Shown one piece after another: positions 20,164 to 30,955 of a stretch of DNA of 64,000 bases. A program made the position numbers and the translations under genes. A model generated the notes under the pieces. That model was not told the DNA's origin and searched no databases. It saw only the letters and a program-made list of their open reading frames with translations. Location of the stretch: contig OZ244042.1 in assembly GCA_965215015.1 (NCBI GenBank), positions 64,001-128,000 of the forward strand, in the 5' to 3' direction. This stretch comes from Candidatus Poribacteria bacterium (lineage in GTDB: Bacteria > Poribacteria > WGA-4E > PCPOR2b). The stretch's first letter is position 1. Each line of letters starts with the position of its first letter.

Positions 20164-21318
20164 ATGAAAACATACCGTGTCAATATCTTAGGATGTCGAG
20201 GACGGGGGACAGCAGCAGCCAGAGCGTATCATGCACATCCGCGGACGGAGATTGTTGCGCTTTGTGACCTAGTCGAAGAGCGGTTGAACACGCTTGGAGA
20301 TGAGGTTGGCGTGTCCGCGCGTTTCACCGACCTCGACGAAATGATTCGCCAAACGGAGCCGGACATCGTTGCAATCCCAACAGGGACGGAATTTCACTAT
20401 GACCTGTGCATGCGTGTCCTAGAACACGGCGTCAACATTGAGGTCGAAAAACCGATGTGCGTTGATTTAATCCAAGCCGATGCCGTTATTGCGCGGGCAC
20501 AGGAGAAAGGTGTGCACACTGCTGTGCATCATCAGGGGCGGGTTGGCGCATCAATGCAAGCGATTGGGCGGGCGTTCAAAGAAGGAAAAATCGGGGAACT
20601 CCGATATATCTATGGTAGTGGCAAGGGGTACTATGGCGGTTACGGTCTGATGAACATCGGCACCCATATGATTAACAACATGCTCAGATTTGGCGGGTGC
20701 CCCCGTAGTGTCGTCACCCAAGCGACAACAGACGGGCATCCAATCACCCCGGACGATATTGTGCCATCACCGAGCGGGATGGGGACCATCGCCTGTGAAC
20801 ATATTACAGCGTCATTGCAATTTGATAACAACGTGACGGCGACACTCCTCCAGCATCGCTTCGATAAGATGGACTCTTCTGCTTATGCGATGGAATTGTA
20901 CGGCAGTGAGGGACGACTGATGTGGAGAGGCGACCAAGCATGGTGGCTGCCTCAACCCCACTTTATCCCGGATGGAGAGCATGACCAATGGGAAACACTT
21001 GAATCAATCTATCCCAAAAGCTACCAACCGGACAGCAGCGCAGCGGAGGCAGACTACTGGTTTGTCGAGGAATATATCCGCGCCTTGGACGAAGGACGGG
21101 AGCATGAATGCAGCGGGTTGGAGGGAAGGCGTGTGTTGGAAGTCTTGATGGGGGTGCTCGAGTCTGCGGCTCACGGGACACGCGTAGATCTCCCGCAAGA
21201 GAACCGGGAGCATCCGTTACGCCGCTGGCGAAGCGAAGCCGCGTTAGAGCCGCCCTCTGAAATGCCACGTCCCTATTGGGATTGGCTCTCAACCGAGTTT
21301 GAACGTTTAGGTAGATGA
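20164..21318 (+). CDS. Gfo/Idh/MocA family oxidoreductase
   Basis: ILGCRGRG, EVEKPM and LMNIGTH motifs. Confidence 0.87.
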   Translation: MKTYRVNILGCRGRGTAAARAYHAHPRTEIVALCDLVEERLNTLGDEVGVSARFTDLDEMIRQTEPDIVAIPTGTEFHYDLCMRVLEHGVNIEVEKPMCVDLIQADAVIARAQEKGVHTAVHHQGRVGASMQAIGRAFKEGKIGELRYIYGSGKGYYGGYGLMNIGTHMINNMLRFGGCPRSVVTQATTDGHPITPDDIVPSPSGMGTIACEHITASLQFDNNVTATLLQHRFDKMDSSAYAMELYGSEGRLMWRGDQAWWLPQPHFIPDGEHDQWETLESIYPKSYQPDSSAAEADYWFVEEYIRALDEGREHECSGLEGRRVLEVLMGVLESAAHGTRVDLPQENREHPLRRWRSEAALEPPSEMPRPYWDWLSTEFERLGR

Positions 21319-21361
21319 TTTACGGCTGCCCTACTAATTCTTGACTGCTCGCCGATATATT

Positions 21362-22558
21362 TCAAAGCGGTTTCAGCCACTCCTCCGGCACCTGAAGCCC
21401 GAACCCGGGGCCCGAGGGCAAACCTAGCTTGCCATCAATTGGCATCAGTGTACCCGGTGGAGTTCGATAACAGGACCGTCCTGACTCCGAAGGCGATCCC
21501 AAGTAACACTCATCCAATGGAATGCCCGGTGCTGAAGCTTGAAAAAGTTCAATCAACGGCGTGTTAGGCATGGCGGCGGTCCAATGTTGTCCATACGGAT
21601 TGTTGGCACCGGTGTGCAGACACATTGGAATGCCGACTGCATCTGCAAAGTGAGCCAGTTTCATCGCCTCTGTAAAACCACCGATCCAGTGGAGGTCTGC
21701 CTGAACAAGGTCTATTAGGCTTTCCTCCACCGCCCGCATCCCGGGCCAGCGCGTTGCCCAATGCTCTCCAGTGGCAAGAGTTTGCCATGGAACGCGCTCG
21801 CGTACGGCTTTTAACCCCTTCCAATCGTGCGGAACCAACATCTCTTCCATCCACCGCATCCGGTAAGGGCGTAGGGCTTCACACATCTGCACGGCGTAAT
21901 CGGCGTCATAGGCCATCCAACAATCAAGCATCAAATCCGCCTCGGGACCAATCTGCTCGCGGGTTTTTGCGATTAATTCCACGGTGCCATCAATGCCCGC
22001 CTGACCGTCATAGACCCCATACGGTCGCGCCAGTTTGAACTTTTTGAACCCGAGCTCTATACTCCAGTCCACATCATTGCCGGTTACATACACATCCATT
22101 GAACGGCGCGCAGGACCTCCGGCGAGCCGATAGACCGGCTGATCTAGGGTTTTGCCCCACAAATCCCACAACGCCAGATCCACGCCAGCTACGGCGCGTG
22201 CTGTCAAGCCTTCATTGCCAAAGGAGAGCGTTCCGCGCCACATTAGATCATTACAAAGGTCAATCGCACCCACCTCTTGCCCAACAACCAGCGGTGCGAG
22301 GCATTCGTTGATAAGTATCGTTGCTACGTGGCCCGTGTCAGCGAGGCCCAAGCCCCAAGTTCCGTCATCAGCGATAACCTTAACCCACACCAATCCACCC
22401 GGAGACCGTCGCTGGACCGGCTGGTCGAATCTATCCAAGGGGGTTGCCTCCACAAATGTCTGCCCCCAAGGCGGACGGCGGGCCGGTGTCCCTTCTTCGC
22501 TCGGCGGTGGCGGTTGCAATTCACACACCTGTATATCAACTATCTTATTCGCAGCCAT
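21362..22558 (-). CDS. Enolase superfamily, L-rhamnonate dehydratase-like
   Basis: DLALWDLWGK, KFKLARPYG, LMLDCWM, RWMEE and ATGEH motifs. Confidence 0.85.
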   Translation of the reverse strand: MAANKIVDIQVCELQPPPPSEEGTPARRPPWGQTFVEATPLDRFDQPVQRRSPGGLVWVKVIADDGTWGLGLADTGHVATILINECLAPLVVGQEVGAIDLCNDLMWRGTLSFGNEGLTARAVAGVDLALWDLWGKTLDQPVYRLAGGPARRSMDVYVTGNDVDWSIELGFKKFKLARPYGVYDGQAGIDGTVELIAKTREQIGPEADLMLDCWMAYDADYAVQMCEALRPYRMRWMEEMLVPHDWKGLKAVRERVPWQTLATGEHWATRWPGMRAVEESLIDLVQADLHWIGGFTEAMKLAHFADAVGIPMCLHTGANNPYGQHWTAAMPNTPLIELFQASAPGIPLDECYLGSPSESGRSCYRTPPGTLMPIDGKLGLPSGPGFGLQVPEEWLKPL

Positions 22559-22641
22559 TCAAATATTCCTTGTGTAATGTAGACCAATTTTCCAAAATCA
22601 ATTCAGAGACACTGGTGAATCCCGATTGACGATTTCTGGAA

Positions 22642-23544
22642 TTATTGGGTTGTTAATCCATCGGCTTGTGCGCGGTTCAGCCAACCCGGCAGCTTAACTT
22701 TAGCCGACAACTCCCAAGCCGTCAGGTAGAGTGCAGCCGTAAAACGTGTCGCTTCACGAGCCCGCTCAGTCGCAAAATCAACGACTTCAGGAACGCGCTC
22801 CCAGTCTTTGTTTCCAAAAGAAGGCAGGTCAGCCCCCAGTTCATACACCCGGTTGAGCAGGGCAAAGCCCGCATGAAATTCCTCCACAATACCAGCCATC
22901 AGATCATCTAGAGGCTCGATCTCCTGATCCTTTGCCAGCATCGATGGATCGAGAGCCAAATATTCGATAAGCGCGTCCACTTTCTCATGAATCCCTTTAT
23001 GCAAGACAGAACCATCCGACTGTTTCCAACCGTCGAAATGAATTGTCAGATGCAAGGGTTGACACATATCCTGCGCGTAGTGAGCAACGAATCCGGCATA
23101 AACTAGGCATTTACTCTGAATATGGGGATTGTTGGGCCATTTTCGGTGCTCGGCAAATGCCACGGCAAGGCGCTCTGTCCATTCAGCAAGGGCATAAGGC
23201 ACGAACCCCACCTTGTCGGGTTTAATCCCCAACTCAGTGCACAACTGAGTAAACTCATACCGGGTTTTCGGGAGTGGCTTGCCCTGTAAAAGCTCCAAAT
23301 CGAGGTAGTGCTCTGGATGTTCCGCCGCGCTGACATGGGGCGTACCATGATTTTTTGATATATCCGGCTCGTACGCACAGTGGGCAATCATTCCTTCCCC
23401 TGCTTGGAAAAACGCAGGCACCTCATCGGGCAATGCTCGAACCGCTGCTCGCGTTAGGATGCCATGTCCGCCCGACCACCACCCCCACGCAGCACCTTCG
23501 GCGACAAATAAACTCACACATACAGTCAATAAGAAACGTCTCAT
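22642..23544 (-). CDS. Secreted S1/P1 nuclease or zinc-dependent phospholipase C fold protein
   Basis: Signal peptide followed by W..GGH, HYLD, HYAQDMCQPLH and GIHEKVD zinc-ligand pattern. Confidence 0.8.
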   Translation of the reverse strand: MRRFLLTVCVSLFVAEGAAWGWWSGGHGILTRAAVRALPDEVPAFFQAGEGMIAHCAYEPDISKNHGTPHVSAAEHPEHYLDLELLQGKPLPKTRYEFTQLCTELGIKPDKVGFVPYALAEWTERLAVAFAEHRKWPNNPHIQSKCLVYAGFVAHYAQDMCQPLHLTIHFDGWKQSDGSVLHKGIHEKVDALIEYLALDPSMLAKDQEIEPLDDLMAGIVEEFHAGFALLNRVYELGADLPSFGNKDWERVPEVVDFATERAREATRFTAALYLTAWELSAKVKLPGWLNRAQADGLTTQ

Positions 23545-23594
23545 TTTTGCACTTGACTCCTTATCAGAAATGGAATATGCTACATTTTAAAAAT

Positions 23595-23792
23595 AGGAAA
23601 TAAGTAGTTACTGGCTTTTAATAAAATGCAAGGGAACCAGGGGGCTAAGACGCAAAAAAAAGAAAGCGAGAGAACCGGCTTCCCATTTTCCGCTTCATCA
23701 GGGAAGGGGGTCTTTTCTTGGTTCTTCTCCCGATGAAACCGTGAATCCATGATACAGTAAGCATTCCCTTGGGAGGCAACCGAATCAGGACT
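23595..23792 (-). repeat. Dispersed repeat family A copy that runs into the tandem array
   Basis: AGGAAATAAGTAGTTACTGGCTTTTAATAAAA...TTCTCCCGATGAAACCGTGAATCCATGAT matches 62061-62270 and the reverse complement of 10650-11005. Confidence 0.8.
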
Positions 23793-25308
23793 GGTGCCTC
23801 CTCTCCCCGCTTGCGCCCTTCCCCCCGCTTGCGGGGGGACTGAGGGGGGTAAGTTAAATTTCGTAGTTCGGTGATTCATTGCCGAACAATATCACTGCTG
23901 GTGCCCGATGAATCGGGCGACTACAGTAAATCCATAGGTTTGTAGTTGGGCGATTTATCGCCCGTCCGAACGCAGGTTGAATTACGCTACTACAAGTTGG
24001 AGCAAGTTGGAGCGCGTAAGTCCGAAATATTTCAAAACGAGGTCGTTTCTTGGTTCTTCTCCCGATGAAACCGTGAATCCATGATACAGTAAGCATTCCC
24101 TTGGGAGGGCAGCCGAATCGGGACTAGTGCCTCCTCTCCCCGCTGGCGCCCTTCCCCCCGCTTGCGGGGGGACTGAGGGGGGTAAGTTAAATTTCGTAGT
24201 TGGGCGATTTATCGCCCGTCCGAACGCAGGTTGAATTACGCTACTACAAGTTGGAGCAAGTTGGAGCGCGTAAGTCCGAAATATTTCAAAACGAGGTCGT
24301 TTCTTGGTTCTTCTCCCGATGAAACCGTGAATCCATGATACAGTAAGCATTCCCTTGGGAGGGCAGCCGAATCGGGACTGGTGCCTCCTCTCCCCGCTGG
24401 CACCCTTCCCCCCGCTTGCGGGGGGACTGAGGGGGGTAAGTTAAATTTCGTAGTTGGGCGATTTATCGCCCGTCCGAACGCAGGTTGAATTACGCTACTA
24501 CAAGTTGGAGCAAGTTGGAGCGCGTAAGTCCGAAATATTTCAAAACGGGGTCGTTTCTTGGTTCTTCTCCCGATGAAACCGTGAATCCATGATACAGTAA
24601 GCATTCCCTTGGGAGGGCAACCGAATCAGGACTGGTGCCTCCTCTCCCCGCTGGCGCCCTTCCCCCCGCTTGCGGGGGGACTGAGGGGGGTAAGTTAAAT
24701 TTCGTAGTTGGGCGATTTATCGCCCGTCCGAACGCAGGTTGAATTACGCTACTACAAGTTGGAGCAAGTTGGAGCGCGTAAGTCCGAAATATTTCAAAAC
24801 GAGGTCGTTTCTTGGTTCTTCTCCCGATGAAACCGTGAATCCATGATACAGTAAGCATTCCCTTGGGAGGGCAGCCGAATCGGGACTGGTGCCTCCTCTC
24901 CCCGCTTGCGCCCTTCCCCCCGCTTGCGGGGGGACTGAGGGGGGTAAGTTAAATTTCGTAGTTGGGCGATTTATCGCCCGTCCGAACGCAGGTTGAATTA
25001 CGCTACTACAAGTTGGAGCAAGTTGGAGCGCGTAAGTCCGAAATATTTCAAAACGGGGTCGTTTCTTGGTTCTTCTCCCAATGAAACCGTGAATCCATGA
25101 TACAGTAAGCATTCCCTTGGGAGGGCAACGGCATCGGGACTGGTGCCTCCTCTCCCCGCTTGCGCCCTTCCCCCCGCTTGCGGGGGGACTGAGGGGGGTA
25201 AGTTAAATTTCGTAGTTGGGCGATTTATCGCCCGTCCGAACGCAGGTTGAATTACGCTACTACAAGTTGGAGCAAGTTGGAGCGCGTAAGTCCGAAATAT
25301 TTCAAAAC
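23714..25308. repeat. Tandem array of 254-bp near-identical units (5 full units plus partial units at both ends)
   Basis: GTAGTTGGGCGATTTATCGCCC recurs at 23942, 24196, 24450, 24704, 24958 and 25212 (period 254). Only a few substitutions between units. Confidence 0.97.
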
Positions 25309-25397
25309 TCTGCAAAGTTTAATCCGCATTATAGCACTGATCGAGGTTTTGGGCAACAACAATCCTACAGCTAAAGCAGAATGTAAGCGAGGACGTT

Positions 25398-26405
25398 ATG
25401 ACAGGCGAAGTAAAACAAAATATACGTTGGGGGATTCTGAGTACGGCAAGGATCGCAACAAAGGTAGCACGAGCCATCAACTTGGCAGACGGTGCCGAGT
25501 TGACGACAATCGCGAGTCGAAAGGAAGAGCGAGCCAAAATGTGGGCGTCTGAACACGACGTTGGAATAGCCTACGGAAACTATGAGGCACTCCTCGAAGA
25601 CCCGGAAATTGATGCCATTTACAACCCATTGCCACCCTCAATGCACGCCGAGTGGACTATCAAAGCGGCGCAACAGGGTAAACATGTGCTGTGCGAAAAA
25701 CCGTTGGAGGCAAACACAGAAAAAGCGATAGCGATGGCAGATGCCTGTCAGCAGCACAATGTGCAACTGATGGATGGCGTCATGTGGGTGCATCACGTGC
25801 GTACTCCTAGGATGAAACAGGTCATTGATGATGGGACTTTAGGACAATTGCGTCGGGTGACGGCGGCATTTACCACAGGTTGGGACAAAATTCCAGAAGA
25901 CAACATCCGGGTCAAAAAGGAACTTGCCGGCGGCTGCCTCGGAGATCTCGGTTACTATTGTGTTCGCTGCATTCTCTGGGCATTCGGCGATTTACCAACG
26001 CAGGTCTTTGCTACCGCACGCTATTATCGTGATGTAGAACTCAACCTGTCAGGCACCCTCTGGTTTGAAGACGAACGGATAGCCGCATTTGATTGTGGCT
26101 ATGATACCGCCAGCCGCAGGTGGTTTGAGGTTGCTGGCACCCAAGCTTCTATTGTATGCGATGATTTCGTAGTACCCCGGCAAGAAGACTCGACCCGTTT
26201 CTGGATACACGGTGCACAGGGACGGAACGAAGAACATAAAAGCGGAGGCTGTATCCAAGAGGTACGCATGATTGAACGGTTTTCAAACATTGTTCGGATC
26301 GGGCAGCTTGAGCCGCACTGGCAAACCGAAGCAATCAATACAATGCGTGTCTGCGACGCGTTGAGTGAATCTGCACGACTCGCACAGGTTATCCAAATCA
26401 GTTAG
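25398..26405 (+). CDS. Gfo/Idh/MocA family oxidoreductase (D-xylose dehydrogenase-like)
   Basis: RWGILSTARIA, HVLCEKP and GGCLGDLGYY motifs. Confidence 0.9.
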   Translation: MTGEVKQNIRWGILSTARIATKVARAINLADGAELTTIASRKEERAKMWASEHDVGIAYGNYEALLEDPEIDAIYNPLPPSMHAEWTIKAAQQGKHVLCEKPLEANTEKAIAMADACQQHNVQLMDGVMWVHHVRTPRMKQVIDDGTLGQLRRVTAAFTTGWDKIPEDNIRVKKELAGGCLGDLGYYCVRCILWAFGDLPTQVFATARYYRDVELNLSGTLWFEDERIAAFDCGYDTASRRWFEVAGTQASIVCDDFVVPRQEDSTRFWIHGAQGRNEEHKSGGCIQEVRMIERFSNIVRIGQLEPHWQTEAINTMRVCDALSESARLAQVIQIS

Positions 26406-26418
26406 AAAGTGGGATTCG

Positions 26419-27219
26419 CTATCCCATCGACACACCGCCATCGACATGGATGGTCTGTCCGGTGATGTTTCGAGACTCCTCGGACGACAGAAAGACGACA
26501 AGGTTGCCGATATCCTCCGGCGTCTGCTCCCGCTGCAGCGGTGTGTTTTGTTTGACCCATTGCTCAAACAGGGCACGCGGTTCAAGATTTGCATAAGTCG
26601 GGTCGTTCTCGGCGATTAACGGTGCAAGCCTGTGCCAAAACCCGGTCCAGAGCATCCCCGGACAGATCGCATTGACATTGACGTTATGGGGGCCAAGGTC
26701 TTTAGCCACCAGTCGTGTCAAATTCAACAGGGCATTCTTGGCCGCAGCATAAGCCGGCGCAATCTGCGGGTCTCGCTTTGCTGCAATTGACGAGATATTG
26801 ATAATCTTCCCAAACTTCCGGTCCACCATGTGAGAGGCAACGGCTTTACAGAGGAAGAAGGGACCCTTGACGTGGACAGCTAAGTTATCATCCCAGTCTG
26901 CCTCTGTTTGGTTGGTGAACGGCAGCCCAAGGTTCTTACCGAAATGCCCAGCGTTGTTGACCAGAATATCTACCTGTCCGAACGTTTTAAGTGTTTCCTC
27001 CACCAGAGCGGTGCAATCTCCCTCCTTCGTTACGTCTGACTGAATCGCCAACCCGCTTTGGCCCGTCTCCTCAATCCTTTCAACGCAACCCTGTGCTGCC
27101 TCAAGATTCACATCCGACACGACTATGTTCGCACCTTCCCTAGCAAGACATAGACTGATACCCGTTCCCATCCCACCACCGCCACCCGTGACGATAGCAA
27201 CTCGATCTTTCAAACGCAT
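26419..27219 (-). CDS. Short-chain dehydrogenase/reductase
   Basis: TGGGGGMG, NNAG, YAAAK and ITGQTIHVDGG motifs. Confidence 0.95.
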   Translation of the reverse strand: MRLKDRVAIVTGGGGGMGTGISLCLAREGANIVVSDVNLEAAQGCVERIEETGQSGLAIQSDVTKEGDCTALVEETLKTFGQVDILVNNAGHFGKNLGLPFTNQTEADWDDNLAVHVKGPFFLCKAVASHMVDRKFGKIINISSIAAKRDPQIAPAYAAAKNALLNLTRLVAKDLGPHNVNVNAICPGMLWTGFWHRLAPLIAENDPTYANLEPRALFEQWVKQNTPLQREQTPEDIGNLVVFLSSEESRNITGQTIHVDGGVSMG

Positions 27220-27326
27220 AGAAATCTCCTTTGACTTATGTTAAGAAATCGTGCAACGGAGTTGAGGCTTCCTAGCCCGACTGTACCAATGAACTAATGA
27301 ACCAATAAACAGATTATTTTCACGTT

Positions 27327-28115
27327 TCATGCATCTTTTACCCGCTGCCATTTCAACACCTTTTGGGCATGAGGAGGCAGGCTCTCCCAGAGTTCCCTAG
27401 GGAAGTGCTTTTCGGTGTACTCATGCAGCCATTGGCTGAACAACCATGGGACGCTGAATGCCATACACAACTCATCGCGCGGGTGGCCCGATCTATTTGG
27501 TGTACCACGGTGGAAGGCGCGTGGGTCTTGCACCCAGAGAGAGCCCTTCTTCAGATTAAGGCGGACGGGGTGGTAATTGCCGCGACGGTTGAGGCCCTCG
27601 CCAAAAACGTCGTTCAAATTGGTGGGCAAGCCCTCATCGCCCACATATTGCGTCCCCGGAATGACCTCAAAACTCCCATTTTCCTCGCTTGTGTCAACGA
27701 GCGGAAATTTGACACCAACGGAGTACGCTGGCGTCTTAATTCCCGGAAAAAGAGAGGCACGGCCGTCCCGGTGCCACCTCTGATAATCTGCTCCCGGCAG
27801 TGGTATGTTCGAGTCGAAGTGTGTCCACACGTAATCAGGTCCTAACACACACCCCAGAAATGCAACTAGAGCGGGATGCTCGAAGATCTCCGCATCCACA
27901 AAAGGTCGCTCGAAAGGGACGCGCACGTTATAGCGATGATAGCCGCGGGGTGGATGCTTCCCTTGCCGCTTGATGTCGCGGTCCCGAATCGGTATCCACG
28001 CCTCAAGGATACGGTCAACTGTTTCTACCGGTATCAAATCCTCGAACACGACGAAGCCATTAATCCGCCACTCCTCCATCATCTGATCAATGTCATACTT
28101 TGTGTCCAAACCCAT
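27327..28115 (-). CDS. Phytanoyl-CoA dioxygenase (PhyH) family Fe(II)/2OG enzyme
   Basis: QRWHRD, ENGSFEVIPGT and FHRGTPNRS motifs. Confidence 0.88.
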   Translation of the reverse strand: MGLDTKYDIDQMMEEWRINGFVVFEDLIPVETVDRILEAWIPIRDRDIKRQGKHPPRGYHRYNVRVPFERPFVDAEIFEHPALVAFLGCVLGPDYVWTHFDSNIPLPGADYQRWHRDGRASLFPGIKTPAYSVGVKFPLVDTSEENGSFEVIPGTQYVGDEGLPTNLNDVFGEGLNRRGNYHPVRLNLKKGSLWVQDPRAFHRGTPNRSGHPRDELCMAFSVPWLFSQWLHEYTEKHFPRELWESLPPHAQKVLKWQRVKDA

Positions 28116-28323
28116 GATGTCCCCTCCCTCCTAATTGATTGGGCTGAAAATTGCCAAGGGGGTAAATATCGCAGTTCATCTAAAAAGTAAAGTGCAAAGC
28201 GCGAAGAGAAACCGAGTCTTTTTCTCGATCTCGGGATCCTCTCGGACCTGAAAACTCAGTTTCTGTTGCCGTTTTTTTAATATGAGCCAATTTCGTTTGA
28301 CGGGCTTCAACATTCGGATTTAT

Positions 28324-28941
28324 TTAGCCGGCTGCTCCTTCTTCCAACTCCAGCTCAAATGCCTGTTTAAGCACCGAGTAAGGTTGTGCACCAACAACCA
28401 TATATTTCCCAATGATAAATGTTGGGACGCCGGTGATACCATACCCTCTTGCTTCCTGTATCTGTAAATCAACGCAGGCCCTCATCGTACGTTCAGAGAG
28501 ACATTCAGCCGCTGCCTCTCTGGCAAGCCCGACTTCCTCAGCTACCCCTAAAAGCACGGCTTCATCCCCCATGTCCCGTATTTGCTGGAAGTAAGTGTCA
28601 AATAGTGCCGCTCGGAACGCTTCGCCCTTTCCGTATTGATCGGCAAATTCACCCAACTCTAACGCAAGTCGAGAATTGGAATAAATGACATGGTCGCCGA
28701 GTTGCAAACCGGCACCTGCCGCCAACTGTTGGGCGTTTTCGGAAATCCGTTTGAGATGCGGATGGTTCTGATAAAACATTGACGATGGGATGCCGCCCGC
28801 CGGTGCTTCCGGATGAAGTTCAAAGCTCTTCCAGGCAAGCGGCGGATCGTACTCCTGTTGCAGTTGCTGTACTCGCGCTGCACCGATGTAGCAGTATGGA
28901 CAAACATAGTCTGAGTAGACTGTCACATTGATTGTTTTCAT
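28324..28941 (-). CDS. DsbA/FrnE family thiol-disulfide oxidoreductase
   Basis: YSDYVCPYCYIG and GITGVPTF...VGAQP motifs. ATG at 28941 preferred. Confidence 0.9.
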   Translation of the reverse strand: MKTINVTVYSDYVCPYCYIGAARVQQLQQEYDPPLAWKSFELHPEAPAGGIPSSMFYQNHPHLKRISENAQQLAAGAGLQLGDHVIYSNSRLALELGEFADQYGKGEAFRAALFDTYFQQIRDMGDEAVLLGVAEEVGLAREAAAECLSERTMRACVDLQIQEARGYGITGVPTFIIGKYMVVGAQPYSVLKQAFELELEEGAAG

Positions 28942-29057
28942 GGGAATTATTATACCATCAACGACAAAAAATTTCGATGAATATCTGGAAAGTAGAAAAT
29001 TGCAGGTGAGAAATCTTTTCGGTTGGACGCCATCCAAAGGCTTGCGGATTTCTGCTA

Positions 29058-29087
29058 TTGACAATAATTGTCCAAGAAGAATATAAT
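29058..29087 (+). promoter_or_regulatory. Candidate sigma70 promoter upstream of htrA
   Basis: TTGACA, 18-nt spacer, TATAAT. Confidence 0.5.
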
Positions 29088-29451
29088 AACCCAAATTGCT
29101 AGTAATAGGCTACTCCGTATGCCGTAACCTGCACACATAGCCCCAGTTGCGTTACAATAAACCCAACCCCAAATTTTTCCGTCGGTTAAATGGCTAGATA
29201 TGAGGATATTTAGCACCATTGAAATTTTGAGCAAACCTCAAAATCCCCGGAAAGATGGGAAACGTATCTATTTTTAAATGTCAAACCATGATAAGGCCGC
29301 TCCCATGTCGGCAGCGTCGAGGAGCAAACAGCAGATGATTCACAATCGGAAAATGCCCCGCCCTGTTTGGCAATATGTGCGTTTATTCATGCAAAGCATA
29401 ATACTCTATCCACATCACGTTTTACAACCCGTCCCGATTCGCCGGGGTCTC

Positions 29452-30837
29452 ATGTTTTACATTTTGATTCTCTGTTGGTTGATCGTGGCTCCCCAAATGG
29501 GGAGGGCACAATCGAAGGCAGAGCGGCAAGCGGATATATCAATTTCTCGACGGAACGCCATTGTCAACGCGGTTGAGTACGCGAGCCCTGCGGTCGTTAA
29601 TATCAGCACAACGCGGACAGCAACACAGATGGTAAATGTATCTCCATTTTTTGATGATTTTTGGGCACCATTTTTCGACCTTCCCTTCCAAGTCCCACAA
29701 CGGCGCACTCTACACGGGCTTGGATCCGGAGTGATTTTTGACCGAAAAGGCTATGTAATCACCAATCAGCACGTTATCGCGGGGGCAGACTCGACAACGG
29801 TACTCCTTTCTGATGGGCGTGAAGCGAGTGCCGAAATCGTCGGGGAGGATTTCCTCACGGATCTTGCTGTCTTAAAAATTGATATACCAGAACTAAAAGC
29901 GGTTGAATTAGGCAATGCCGAAGATCTGATGATTGGAGAATGGGCAATTGCAATTGGACATCCCTTTGCTACTATGGTTGAGGATGCGAGTCCTACTGTC
30001 ACTGTCGGCGTAGTGAGCGCAACGGGCCGCGTCCTGAAGACAGAGGACCGGCTATACCGCAATCTTATCCAAACAGATGCATCAATTAACCCGGGCAATA
30101 GCGGCGGGGCACTGGTCAACTTATACGGACAGCTAATCGGTATCAACACGGCAATCTATTCGACGAGCGGCGGTTCACAAGGGATCGGTTTTGCCATTCC
30201 AGTTAATATCGCCCAAAAGATTGTCGATCAATTGGTTACATATGGGGCTGTTGTACCACCGGAAATTGGCATTGCCCCCCAAGATTTAACGCCGAGATTG
30301 GCGGAAGCCCTCGATTTGGAAGAGGGTATCGGCGTGTTGGTCGCGGCGGTAAAAAAGGGAACCCCGGCGGAAGCAGCAGGCCTCCGGCGTCGCGATGTCA
30401 TCGAGGCGGTAAACCAGAAACCGATATCCAATTCAGAGACATTCTTGGCAATCACTCGTCTTTTCCGTGAAAATCAGTTACTGACCGTCCGAATACTCCG
30501 CGATGGGAAACCCAGGAACCTGCGTGTGAAAATTCGAGAGCTCCAATGGAATTATGCCGTACCCGGCTGGGGTATTACAATTGAACAGTTAAATCGACAA
30601 CAGGCAGAGAAATACACGCAGCGTGGTGTCCTTGTTACAAAGGTTCAACCGAGAGGTACATTAGCGCAACAGGGATTGAAACGAGGCGATCTTATTTCCC
30701 ACATTAATAGTATCAAGGTTAATTCGCTTGAAGATTTCAAACGTATCATAAACCAGTTACAGTCCCCTCAACGGATTAGTCTTTACTTTGAGCGGAACGG
30801 TAGGCAGGGGGAATTGTCCGATTTAGTCATTCGCTGA
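29452..30837 (+). CDS. htrA: HtrA/DegP serine protease with two PDZ domains
   Basis: TNQHV, TDLAVLK and QTDASINPGNSGG motifs. The signal peptide fits an ATG at 29452; the ORF is open from 29278. Confidence 0.92.
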   Translation: MFYILILCWLIVAPQMGRAQSKAERQADISISRRNAIVNAVEYASPAVVNISTTRTATQMVNVSPFFDDFWAPFFDLPFQVPQRRTLHGLGSGVIFDRKGYVITNQHVIAGADSTTVLLSDGREASAEIVGEDFLTDLAVLKIDIPELKAVELGNAEDLMIGEWAIAIGHPFATMVEDASPTVTVGVVSATGRVLKTEDRLYRNLIQTDASINPGNSGGALVNLYGQLIGINTAIYSTSGGSQGIGFAIPVNIAQKIVDQLVTYGAVVPPEIGIAPQDLTPRLAEALDLEEGIGVLVAAVKKGTPAEAAGLRRRDVIEAVNQKPISNSETFLAITRLFRENQLLTVRILRDGKPRNLRVKIRELQWNYAVPGWGITIEQLNRQQAEKYTQRGVLVTKVQPRGTLAQQGLKRGDLISHINSIKVNSLEDFKRIINQLQSPQRISLYFERNGRQGELSDLVIR

Positions 30838-30955
30838 ACCCAGTCGAATCGCAACTTCAGCTGTTACCAGGTGTTTATAATTAGGATTTTGTCGATTTTT
30901 ATTAACAACATAACCGATTGGGATGTATCATTCTAAAGACAAGAGGTGAGGAAAC

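Noticed and set aside
23714-25308. CRISPR or other guide array (repeat-spacer) interpretation
   Set aside because: Units are near-identical over their whole 254 bp with no unique spacers, and no cas-like or Nop-domain gene is in the window.
22642-25308. S1/P1 nuclease plus array as an RNA-guided or array-processing system
   Set aside because: The nuclease has a signal peptide and the array modules occur elsewhere beside unrelated genes. Adjacency alone is not evidence.
23854-25315. Repeated 122-aa ORFs (MLTVSWIHGFIGRR...)
   Set aside because: These are by-products of the repeat. They overlap each other, shift frame in every unit and are made of palindromic REP sequence.
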